The notes beneath the pieces were generated by a model. That model did not search any database and was not told where the DNA came from. It saw only the letters and a list, made by a program, of their open reading frames with translations. 39,408 nucleotides of DNA from an uncultured Weeksellaceae bacterium (GTDB lineage: Bacteria > Bacteroidota > Bacteroidia > Flavobacteriales > BACL11). Location: positions 1 through 39,408 of the forward strand of contig CAYZIA010000003.1 in the NCBI GenBank assembly GCA_964478325.1, written 5' to 3'. A program made the translations under genes and the position numbers. This document shows, in pieces, positions 8,194 through 16,221 of the stretch (position 1 is its first letter; each line of letters begins with the position of its first letter).

Positions 8194-9210
8194 ATGAAAA
8201 AATTACTTTTAATAGCTATGTCTTTAACTCTTGTTACTCTATGTTCTGCACAGTGTCCAACTCCAAATGGATTGAATGTGACAAGTATCACTCATAATTC
8301 AGCAATAGCAAATTGGAATTCAGTTACAGGTGTTGATCATTATAGAATAAGAACAAGGGAGGTGGGGGCTGCTAACTGGGTAAATTTATTGAATATTGAT
8401 TCTACAATGACAAGCAGAATCCTGCCATTATTACAGCCTTCAACCTCTTACGAATGGAAGATTGAAGCTTATTGTGATAGTTCAAATCAAACAAACTCTA
8501 ATTGGTCGATAATTGATACTTTTACTACTACTTTATTTGTAGCGGCACCATTCAATCCAATTATAACAAATAGTATTTCAAATCTGCAATGTAATACTCC
8601 TACAGACCTTTTATTAACTGTAAGTCAAAATGCAAATGAACCAGATATAGAAACAAGTTATATAACTTCTGATGGGGGGTCTTTTAATATAGGGGCTTTA
8701 AGCCCTAATGATTCTGTTGGGTATGCAAATTTAACAACTACCATAAATACAACATCACTAACAATATCATTATCCTTGAAAGTAGGGCTAATTACAAGTC
8801 AAAATTCTGCAATAATAAATGCTTATGATAGTATAGGTTCTTTAGTTGGATTTTTTACAATTGAAAATATATCGAATGGAGTTCAAGTAACTACTTCGTC
8901 TCCAAACGATGGGAATAATTATACGAGCGCTTATACTAGTAATCTGTATTTTGCAAATATCTTTATTAACCCTCCTGTTTCTGGGCCGCTTCATTTTTTT
9001 GCTGATATAGAATCAGAACTAGGTAATCAATTTAATGATACAGACATGGTGCAAATATGGTGTAACACATCAATTAATGAAATTAATACAGAGACTAAAA
9101 TTTTAAAAATTGTAAATCTTCTTGGGAAAAATTGTAGTGAACAAAAAAACATAGTCCTCTTATATATTTATGATGATGGCCGTATAGAAAGACGAATTAC
9201 TATTGAATAA
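8194..9210 (+). CDS. Secreted fibronectin type III domain protein with putative short T9SS-like C-terminal signal
   Basis: Signal peptide (CSA-Q), FN3 hallmarks (P-NGLNV, W, Y-IR, LQPSTSYEWKIEAYC) and C-terminus KIVNLLGK...LYIYDDGRIERRITIE. Confidence 0.75.
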   Translation: MKKLLLIAMSLTLVTLCSAQCPTPNGLNVTSITHNSAIANWNSVTGVDHYRIRTREVGAANWVNLLNIDSTMTSRILPLLQPSTSYEWKIEAYCDSSNQTNSNWSIIDTFTTTLFVAAPFNPIITNSISNLQCNTPTDLLLTVSQNANEPDIETSYITSDGGSFNIGALSPNDSVGYANLTTTINTTSLTISLSLKVGLITSQNSAIINAYDSIGSLVGFFTIENISNGVQVTTSSPNDGNNYTSAYTSNLYFANIFINPPVSGPLHFFADIESELGNQFNDTDMVQIWCNTSINEINTETKILKIVNLLGKNCSEQKNIVLLYIYDDGRIERRITIE

Positions 9211-9289
9211 TAACACCTTTTGTTTAATATCTATATTTTTCATATATTAGCAACCTATTAAATTTCAATAACTTAAAACTTATTTAGTC

Positions 9290-10666
9290 ATGAAAAAAAA
9301 TTTACTTATTACGCTTATAGGGTTTTTGCCTTTTACTTACTCTTCTGCTCAATTAGCAGATGGCTCAATTGCGCCAGATTGGACACTCACTGACGTCAAT
9401 GGCACAGCACATAATTTATATAATTATTTAGATGGGAGTTATACTGTTTTTCTTGATTTCTCAGCCGTGTGGTGTGGTCCCTGTTGGAGTTATCATACTA
9501 GTGGTGCACTTGAAGATTTATACATAAATCATGGGCCTGCTGGATTTCCTAATGTCGATCCAAATACAACTGACGATGTAATGGTTTTCTTTATCGAAGG
9601 AGATGCAAGTGACCTTGCCTGCCTCCATGGGACAGGATGTGGTACCCAGGGAGATTGGATAACAGGGACTCCTTACCCTATATTTTGTACTGATGGAGCT
9701 GTAAATAACGATAATACTACATCATTATACTCTATTGGATATTGGCCTACTATTTATATGATTTGTCCAGATCGAACACTAATAGAAGCTGGACAGAGCT
9801 CAAGTCCGTATAACCTTGTTTCCTGTAATCCTGCGGCTACTTTTTCAAATGATCCTAGAGTAATGTCATATTCAGCCGCTTCTATCCAGTGTAACGGAAC
9901 TCTTGCTCCTGTAGTAACTATTATGAATAATGGAATTAATAATTTAACATCACTGGATGTCCAAGTCGACGTTTCTGGAGCCACTACATTTAATACAACT
10001 GTTACATGGAATGGAAATCTTGGGACTTATCAGTCAACAAATTTTGTTCTTCCAACAATTACTGGTATGCAAGGATATGAATTTGTTATGATTACTATAA
10101 GTAATCCAAATGCGGGAGGAGTAGATGGTGATTTAAATAATAATGTAACTGGTTTTACATCTTATCCTCCTGGAGTAGCAGGTCAAGGACAAATAACTGC
10201 TTCAATTTCACAAAGCGGTAATTCTCTTACAGCTAATGCTGCAAACGGAAATGCTCCATATACTTATACGTGGAATACTGGTCAAACCACACAAACTATC
10301 ACCCCCGCTACTGGAGGCAGTTATTCAGTTCAGATAGAAGATGCTAATGGATGTATGTCTGACCCTATTGCATATATACTTACCCTTTCAACAGGTTTAG
10401 AGAGTCCTGAACACATAAATGAACTTAACATTTATCCAAATCCATCAGAAGATGTATTTACGATTACATTTAATAGTGAGAAAGCACAGAGGTATAATCT
10501 TAGTATTACAAATGTCCTTGGAGAGGTTCTGTATAGTGAAAAATTAGATGATTTTATTGGATTATACTCTAAACAAGTATCATTATCAAATTATTCAAAA
10601 TCAGTATATTTCCTTGAAATTGAAACAAATGAAGGAAGAGTTAATAAAAAGCTTATTTTACAATAA
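9290..10666 (+). CDS. T9SS type A cargo with N-terminal thioredoxin-fold (AhpC/TSA/TlpA-like) domain
   Basis: Signal peptide, APDWTLTDVNG..H.LY, LDFSAVWCGPC, YWPT cis-Pro-like motif, an Ig/CARDB-like segment, an SprB-like repeat (PYTYTWNTGQTT) and a CTD (IYPNPS...VLG...VYFL...KKLILQ). Confidence 0.85.
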   Translation: MKKNLLITLIGFLPFTYSSAQLADGSIAPDWTLTDVNGTAHNLYNYLDGSYTVFLDFSAVWCGPCWSYHTSGALEDLYINHGPAGFPNVDPNTTDDVMVFFIEGDASDLACLHGTGCGTQGDWITGTPYPIFCTDGAVNNDNTTSLYSIGYWPTIYMICPDRTLIEAGQSSSPYNLVSCNPAATFSNDPRVMSYSAASIQCNGTLAPVVTIMNNGINNLTSLDVQVDVSGATTFNTTVTWNGNLGTYQSTNFVLPTITGMQGYEFVMITISNPNAGGVDGDLNNNVTGFTSYPPGVAGQGQITASISQSGNSLTANAANGNAPYTYTWNTGQTTQTITPATGGSYSVQIEDANGCMSDPIAYILTLSTGLESPEHINELNIYPNPSEDVFTITFNSEKAQRYNLSITNVLGEVLYSEKLDDFIGLYSKQVSLSNYSKSVYFLEIETNEGRVNKKLILQ

Positions 10667-10686
10667 GTTTTTTAGGGACGCAGAAA

Positions 10687-10719
10687 ATAAAAAAGGGCTC
10701 AATTTGAGCCCTTTTTTAT
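10687..10719. terminator. Bidirectional intrinsic terminator
   Basis: ATAAAAAAGGGCTCAA-T-TTGAGCCCTTTTTTAT is a perfect inverted repeat with T-tracts on both strands, between the convergent CDS and tRNA. Confidence 0.9.
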
Positions 10720-10720
10720 G

Positions 10721-10794
10721 TGACCCAGGGAGGATTCGAACCCCCAACCCTCAGAGCCGAAATCTGATATTCTATCCAGTTGAACTACTGGGCC
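10721..10794 (-). tRNA. tRNA-Arg, anticodon UCG (CCA not encoded)
   Basis: GGCCCAG/CTGGGTC acceptor stem, D-loop AACTGGATA with A20, anticodon arm TCAGA-TTTCGGC-TCTGA, T-loop GTTCGAATC and discriminator A. Confidence 0.96.
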
Positions 10795-10802
10795 ATGGAA
10801 GG

Positions 10803-10810
10803 CAAAAATA
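10803..10810 (-). promoter_or_regulatory. -7 promoter element (TATTTTTG) for tRNA-Arg
   Basis: Exact TAnnTTTG followed by CC, 8 nt upstream of the tRNA 5' end. Confidence 0.75.
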
Positions 10811-10890
10811 ACATTCCTAATGCCAATCAATTACAATTTTTATAATATTATAAAGTTATCTATTAATAATGCTTTATTATTGTATTTAAG

Positions 10891-13200
10891 ATGATTTCAA
10901 AATCCATAAAAATCTATTTTTATTTATTGCTTTTTTGCAATTGCTTTTTTGCAAAAGCTCAACTCACTGGGATTGGTAGTTGGCGTGACCATTTGCCTTA
11001 TCATAATGCTATTTTTTTAGCTGAAATAGAAAATAAAATTTATTGTGTTACAGAAAGTGGTTTGTTTTATTTTGATAAAACTGACAATACAATTAATCGT
11101 ATGTCAAAAGTGAATGGATTATCTGATGTTGGGGTGGTTAAAGTTGCTTACAATCCTGAAAGTAAAACCCTAATCATTGCCTATAAAAATACCAATATTG
11201 ATTTGTTAAATGACGGAAAGGTTATCAACATATCAGATATAAAAGACAAGGCAATTTTAGGAGAAAAAACCATTAACAATATCTTTTTTATTAATGATAT
11301 TGCTTATTTATCTTGTTCTTTTGGCTTAGTGGCTTTAGATATCCGCTCAGAAGAAATTCTAGACACTTATAAAATAGGAGAAGGAGGAGATTTTGTAAAA
11401 ATATATGATAGTAATTTTGATGGAGATTCTCTTTTTGTCGCGACTTCTGAGGGGATATACTCTGCAAGTATTAATGAAGAAAATCTTTCTGATTTTCATG
11501 CCTGGAGAAAACATACTAACTTTGAAAACAGCTTAAATGCAAATAATTCCTTTCAAAATATTACTTTTTTTAATGGGAGTATGTATGCGAAAACATTGGA
11601 TAGCCTCGTGATTGTTTACGAAAATAGTGTTTGGGAGACATACAATACTTTCAGTAAAAAAATTGAACATCTTCACAGTTCTTATAATGATTTATTTATT
11701 GTTTTGGAAGATGAAATTAATATTATAAAAAATCATGGTGTTATTAAAAAGATTACCCAAAACATCTCCTCTGCAAAACATGCAATTTATGATAAAGATG
11801 ATGGTTTGTGGATTGCTGACTTTGATAAAGATTTACTACAATATAATAGCGAAATATTTGTACGGCAAATTGATCCAAGTGGACCAAGAACAGCCAATGT
11901 ATTCAAGCTCATTACTACTAAAAATGATTTATGGATTGCTCCTGGAGGTTATTACGCAAGTAGAGAAAATATTTGGAATTTTGATGGGGTTTTCTTTTTT
12001 GACAATAATGATTGGGGTTATAAAAGCACTGGAGAACTTGGAGAAACTTATGATATTGTAAGTGTTGAAGTAAATCCAAAAAATAATTCAGAGATATATT
12101 TAAGTAGTTGGAATGGGGGTATTATAAAGTTAGAAAATAAAAATTTTGTAACAAAATATACTTATGAAAATACAAATGGTGCTTTAGATACAGTAAGCAT
12201 TGCAAATGTAAATGGCTGGATACGGATTTCTGATTTATGTTTTGATGACTCTGAAAACTTATGGGCAATTAATTCTCTTTCTCAAAACCCTTTAGCTGTT
12301 AAAACAAAAGAGGGGGATTGGTATTCATTTAGGATTAGCGGAATTGATGGCCCATCTACTTATTTTAAAGATTTGGTGGTAGATAATTCTGGGCAGAAAT
12401 GGGGCGTCATTAAAAATGCTGGGCTTTTTGTATATAATGATAAAGGAACTTTGGGAAATACTAATGATGATGAAGCTCTGCTTATCAATACAAATATTGG
12501 AATGGGGAATTTGCCTTCACTGGAAGTGTATTCTTTGGCCGTTGATTTAGAAGGCGAGATTTGGGTTGGAACTGATAAAGGAATTACTGTTTTTTACTCT
12601 CCAGAATTAGTTTTTTCAGGACAAAATTTTGACGCGCAACAAATCCTCATTCAACAAGGAGAGTATGGGCAGTATTTATTAGATACAGAAACTATAAATT
12701 GCATAGCGATAGATGGTGCAAATAGGAAATGGGTGGGAACAAATGGTTCAGGCATTTTCTTACTCTCGCCTGATGGAACTAATGAAATTCATCATTTTAC
12801 TTCTGAAAATAGCCCTTTGTTTTCTGATAATATAATTGATATTGCTATAAATGAAATTAGTGGAGAAGTATTTATCGGTACGGAAAAAGGAATTATTTCT
12901 TATAGATCTGACGCTACAAAGGGCTATGATTCTTATAATAATGTAACCGTTTTCCCAAATCCTGTAAAAGAAAATTACAATGGGAAAATTGCAATTAAGG
13001 GACTAGTAAATAATGCCAATGTAAAGATAACAGATATTAATGGAAATTTGGTTTTTGAAAGTTTTGCTAATGGAGGTCAGGCTATTTGGGATGGCAAAAC
13101 CCAAAGTAGAAATAGGGCAAGTACAGGAGTATATTTAGTTTTTAGTACTAACACAGATGGAGAAGAAACAATGGTAAGCAAAATTCTTTTTATTCACTAA
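10891..13200 (+). CDS. porZ: T9SS surface component PorZ (beta-propellers plus CTD)
   Basis: [11 protein letters not shown]-terminus, SKVNGLSD, propeller repeats ([20 protein letters not shown]), CTD VFPNPV...WDG...STGVYLV, and the usual position directly upstream of recO. Confidence 0.85.
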   Translation: MISKSIKIYFYLLLFCNCFFAKAQLTGIGSWRDHLPYHNAIFLAEIENKIYCVTESGLFYFDKTDNTINRMSKVNGLSDVGVVKVAYNPESKTLIIAYKNTNIDLLNDGKVINISDIKDKAILGEKTINNIFFINDIAYLSCSFGLVALDIRSEEILDTYKIGEGGDFVKIYDSNFDGDSLFVATSEGIYSASINEENLSDFHAWRKHTNFENSLNANNSFQNITFFNGSMYAKTLDSLVIVYENSVWETYNTFSKKIEHLHSSYNDLFIVLEDEINIIKNHGVIKKITQNISSAKHAIYDKDDGLWIADFDKDLLQYNSEIFVRQIDPSGPRTANVFKLITTKNDLWIAPGGYYASRENIWNFDGVFFFDNNDWGYKSTGELGETYDIVSVEVNPKNNSEIYLSSWNGGIIKLENKNFVTKYTYENTNGALDTVSIANVNGWIRISDLCFDDSENLWAINSLSQNPLAVKTKEGDWYSFRISGIDGPSTYFKDLVVDNSGQKWGVIKNAGLFVYNDKGTLGNTNDDEALLINTNIGMGNLPSLEVYSLAVDLEGEIWVGTDKGITVFYSPELVFSGQNFDAQQILIQQGEYGQYLLDTETINCIAIDGANRKWVGTNGSGIFLLSPDGTNEIHHFTSENSPLFSDNIIDIAINEISGEVFIGTEKGIISYRSDATKGYDSYNNVTVFPNPVKENYNGKIAIKGLVNNANVKITDINGNLVFESFANGGQAIWDGKTQSRNRASTGVYLVFSTNTDGEETMVSKILFIH

Positions 13201-13907
13201 TGCTTCAAAAAACAAAGGGCATTGCTCTACATTACCACAAATATTCTGAAAGTTCTGTAATTGCTAAAATTTTTACCAAAGAGTTTGGCTTACAATCTTT
13301 TATAATAAATAGCATAAGGCAGAAAAAAGCTAAATCAAAATTAGGGCTTTTAAAGCCATTGTCTTTTCTTAATTTAGAAATTTATAAAAAATCAAAACCA
13401 GGAATAAAACGAATTAAAGAAATCTCCATTTCTAAAGTTTTAGAAAGAATGCATTATGATATAAACAAGAGCCTATTGGCAGTTTTTATTGCTGAAGTTT
13501 TATTAAAAACCTTATTGGAAGAGAAAAAAGAAGACTCGATTTTTTGCTATATTGAAACACTTGTTTCTGAACTTGAAAAGATGAGCAAAGTTCAAAACAC
13601 TTTCCCTTTAGTTTTTTTGATTAATCTAAGTGCTTATTTAGGGTTTTATCCTTCAAAAGAAAATTCAGAATTACCATTTTATGATTTACAAAACGGATGT
13701 TTTTCTAAAAAAGCATTTTCACATAGTCATTTTATAAGCGGAGAAGATTTGCAAAATTTTAAAACTATTTTGTTTCGAGAAAAGAAAAACATATCACAAG
13801 AAAATAGAAAAAAGATTCTTTTAATCTTATTAGATTATTATAAGCTTCATCATCACGAATTAAAAAATCTGAAATCGCATAAGGTTATTGAACAATTACG
13901 ACAATGA
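13200..13907 (+). CDS. recO: DNA repair protein RecO
   Basis: TKGIALH...KYSESSVIAKIFTKEFGL OB-fold, LGFYP, FYDLQNGCF and YYKLH...LKSHKV, all typical of Bacteroidota RecO. Confidence 0.9.
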   Translation: MLQKTKGIALHYHKYSESSVIAKIFTKEFGLQSFIINSIRQKKAKSKLGLLKPLSFLNLEIYKKSKPGIKRIKEISISKVLERMHYDINKSLLAVFIAEVLLKTLLEEKKEDSIFCYIETLVSELEKMSKVQNTFPLVFLINLSAYLGFYPSKENSELPFYDLQNGCFSKKAFSHSHFISGEDLQNFKTILFREKKNISQENRKKILLILLDYYKLHHHELKNLKSHKVIEQLRQ

Positions 13908-16210
13908 AAAAGTTTTTATTTTTTCTTTTTTTTGCTATCTCAATTTCAAGTTTTAGTCAAGAGATTCTAATACTAGATAGTATGCTAAAAACCCCGATAC
14001 AAAATGTACATTTAATCTGTAAAGAAGTGGGAGTGAGCACGGGAGAAAATGGGATTGTAGATATTTCCATTTTTAAAAAAACTGATACCATAAAAATTTC
14101 ACATCTATCTTATAATCCAAAACAAATAATAAAGTCAAAACTAAAGGGGAAGACTTTTATTGGCTTGCAGGCTAAAATAAAAATTCTAGAGACAGTAGTT
14201 TTTATAGAAGATAAAGCGCATGTTATAGGCTGGGATATTATATGTGGAGTAAAAACAGCTAATAAAAATATAGTGACTAAATCCACTGCAGAATTATTAT
14301 CAACTAATAACGGAATAACAATGCAAGAAAGTCAATCTGGCGGAGGAAGCCTAAACTTTAGAGGGATGGAGGCAAACCGGCTTTTGTTAGTAGTAGACGG
14401 AATTCCGTTAAATAATGCCATTTACAGATCTGGTCATTTACAAAGTGTGACAACGATTAACCCTTTTTTTATAAGAACTATTAGCCTGCTTTCTGGACCT
14501 GCATCTGTGGCTTACGGTAATGGCTCAATGGGAGGAGCTTTACTTTTCCATACAAAATCTAATCTCCAAAAAGAAAATTCCTTGCTGATTCATCAACAAT
14601 ATGAAAGTGCCACTAATGCAATAATATTTAATTTTTTATCCAATTATAGTACTAAAAAACTAGCCTTTACTTCTGGCTTTTCTATCAAATCAGTTGGTAA
14701 TTTGAAAATGGGTAATAATAGGCTACACGGCTATGATAACTGGGGCAAAGAGTCATTTATAATTAATGGAAACGAGCAGCTTTATACAGCTTATGAGCAA
14801 GTTGATTTTATACATAAAACTTTATTTCAGATTAATAATAAAAATAGTGTCTTGTTTAATTCTCAATATTCAACTTCCTCTAATGTTTTTCGTTTCGACA
14901 AAATGAATGATGAAAACACAGAGGGCAATCAAAAATATGATAAGTGGTATTATGGCCCTCAAAATCGATTTTTACAAAGTATCTCATGGAGTCATAAAAA
15001 AGCCAGAACAATATATAATAGTTTTAAATCAACATTAGGCTATCAGGACATTTATGAATCACGACATCATAAAAAAATAGGAGAAAGATTTCTTTCCAAC
15101 AGATATGAAAATGTGAGTATATATGACTTTTTACTGGATTTTAACAAAAATATTTTAGATGCAACTATTGCTTACGGAATAGGTATAAGGCATCAAAATA
15201 TAAATTCTACAGCCAATTTATCTAACAATAAAAACACTGCTTTTTATAATCCCACCCGATATCCAGACGGAGGCAGTTCAGTTAACAATTATTTTGCTTA
15301 CAGCCAATTAGATATCCCTCTTTTTAAAAAGGCGAAAATATTAGTTGGAGGAAGAATAAATCAAAATAATTTAATAGCAAATTTTGAAAATCCAACTTTT
15401 AATTTCCCAAAAATAAAAACCACTAATAAATCATTTATTAAATCTGCTCTTTTTTCTTACAACATTAGCAGAAGTACTACAATTAAAACATCTTATTATG
15501 GAGGTTTTCGTAACCCAAACATTGATGATATAGGGAAAGTTTTTTCAAAAAATGATAATGATGTAGTCATCCCAAATGATAAGCTTGAGCCAGAATATAT
15601 TGATAATTTGGAACTTGCAATTAATTATCAAAATCAAAAAGTACAATTTCAAATTCAGCTTTATAATGCCAAATTAAGCAACGCCATCAGCCGAGAATAT
15701 AGTAGCTTAAATGGTGTTGATAGTATGCTTTATGATGGTGAAATGATGAGAATACAAATGAATAAAAACATAGAGTCTGCAACTATTAATGGTATTAGTT
15801 TTTTTGGCAAGTATCACCTAAGCAGATCCTTTAATATTCATGCAAATTGCAATTATTTAAAAGGGAGGAACTCAAATAACATCCCTATTGCACACATCCC
15901 CCCATTAAATGCAAGCCTTACATTTTCTTGTGTTTTCAACAAGCACGAATTTGATTTTTACACTAAGTATAATGCTTGGAAAAAGGAAGAGGATTATGAT
16001 ATTTCTGGAGTAGATAATTTGGAAGAAGCTACAGTTGATGGGACCCCAATGTGGTATGTTTTAAGCCTACATTATACATATAAAATCGATGACTCCCTTA
16101 GATTTGGCTGTGGTGTTGAAAATATTATGGATATTCATTATAAAACATTTGCCTCTGGATTAAGTGGAAGTGGTAGAAATTTAATATTATCTTTGTCTTC
16201 TAATTTTTAA
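13904..16210 (+). CDS. TonB-dependent outer-membrane receptor
   Basis: Signal peptide, plug motif SQSGGGS..FRGMEANRLLLVVDGIPLNN, GPASVAYG, FRNP, ENIMD.HY and terminal Phe. Confidence 0.92.
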   Translation: MKKFLFFLFFAISISSFSQEILILDSMLKTPIQNVHLICKEVGVSTGENGIVDISIFKKTDTIKISHLSYNPKQIIKSKLKGKTFIGLQAKIKILETVVFIEDKAHVIGWDIICGVKTANKNIVTKSTAELLSTNNGITMQESQSGGGSLNFRGMEANRLLLVVDGIPLNNAIYRSGHLQSVTTINPFFIRTISLLSGPASVAYGNGSMGGALLFHTKSNLQKENSLLIHQQYESATNAIIFNFLSNYSTKKLAFTSGFSIKSVGNLKMGNNRLHGYDNWGKESFIINGNEQLYTAYEQVDFIHKTLFQINNKNSVLFNSQYSTSSNVFRFDKMNDENTEGNQKYDKWYYGPQNRFLQSISWSHKKARTIYNSFKSTLGYQDIYESRHHKKIGERFLSNRYENVSIYDFLLDFNKNILDATIAYGIGIRHQNINSTANLSNNKNTAFYNPTRYPDGGSSVNNYFAYSQLDIPLFKKAKILVGGRINQNNLIANFENPTFNFPKIKTTNKSFIKSALFSYNISRSTTIKTSYYGGFRNPNIDDIGKVFSKNDNDVVIPNDKLEPEYIDNLELAINYQNQKVQFQIQLYNAKLSNAISREYSSLNGVDSMLYDGEMMRIQMNKNIESATINGISFFGKYHLSRSFNIHANCNYLKGRNSNNIPIAHIPPLNASLTFSCVFNKHEFDFYTKYNAWKKEEDYDISGVDNLEEATVDGTPMWYVLSLHYTYKIDDSLRFGCGVENIMDIHYKTFASGLSGSGRNLILSLSSNF

Positions 16211-16221
16211 TACATTACTAA

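Noticed and set aside
8014-10720. Possible tRNA-anchored genomic islet (two cargo genes at the tRNA-Arg 3' end)
   Set aside because: No integrase, and I found no duplicated tRNA 3' end. A native-looking terminator abuts the tRNA.
10548-10811. 87-aa ORF
   Set aside because: It spans a gene end, the terminator and the antisense of tRNA-Arg, a typical spurious call.
10839-10854. Perfect palindrome TTTATAATATTATAAA, possible dif site or operator
   Set aside because: A/T only, so likely by chance in this composition. It lacks the 6-nt spacer and TTATGTTAAA arm of dif.
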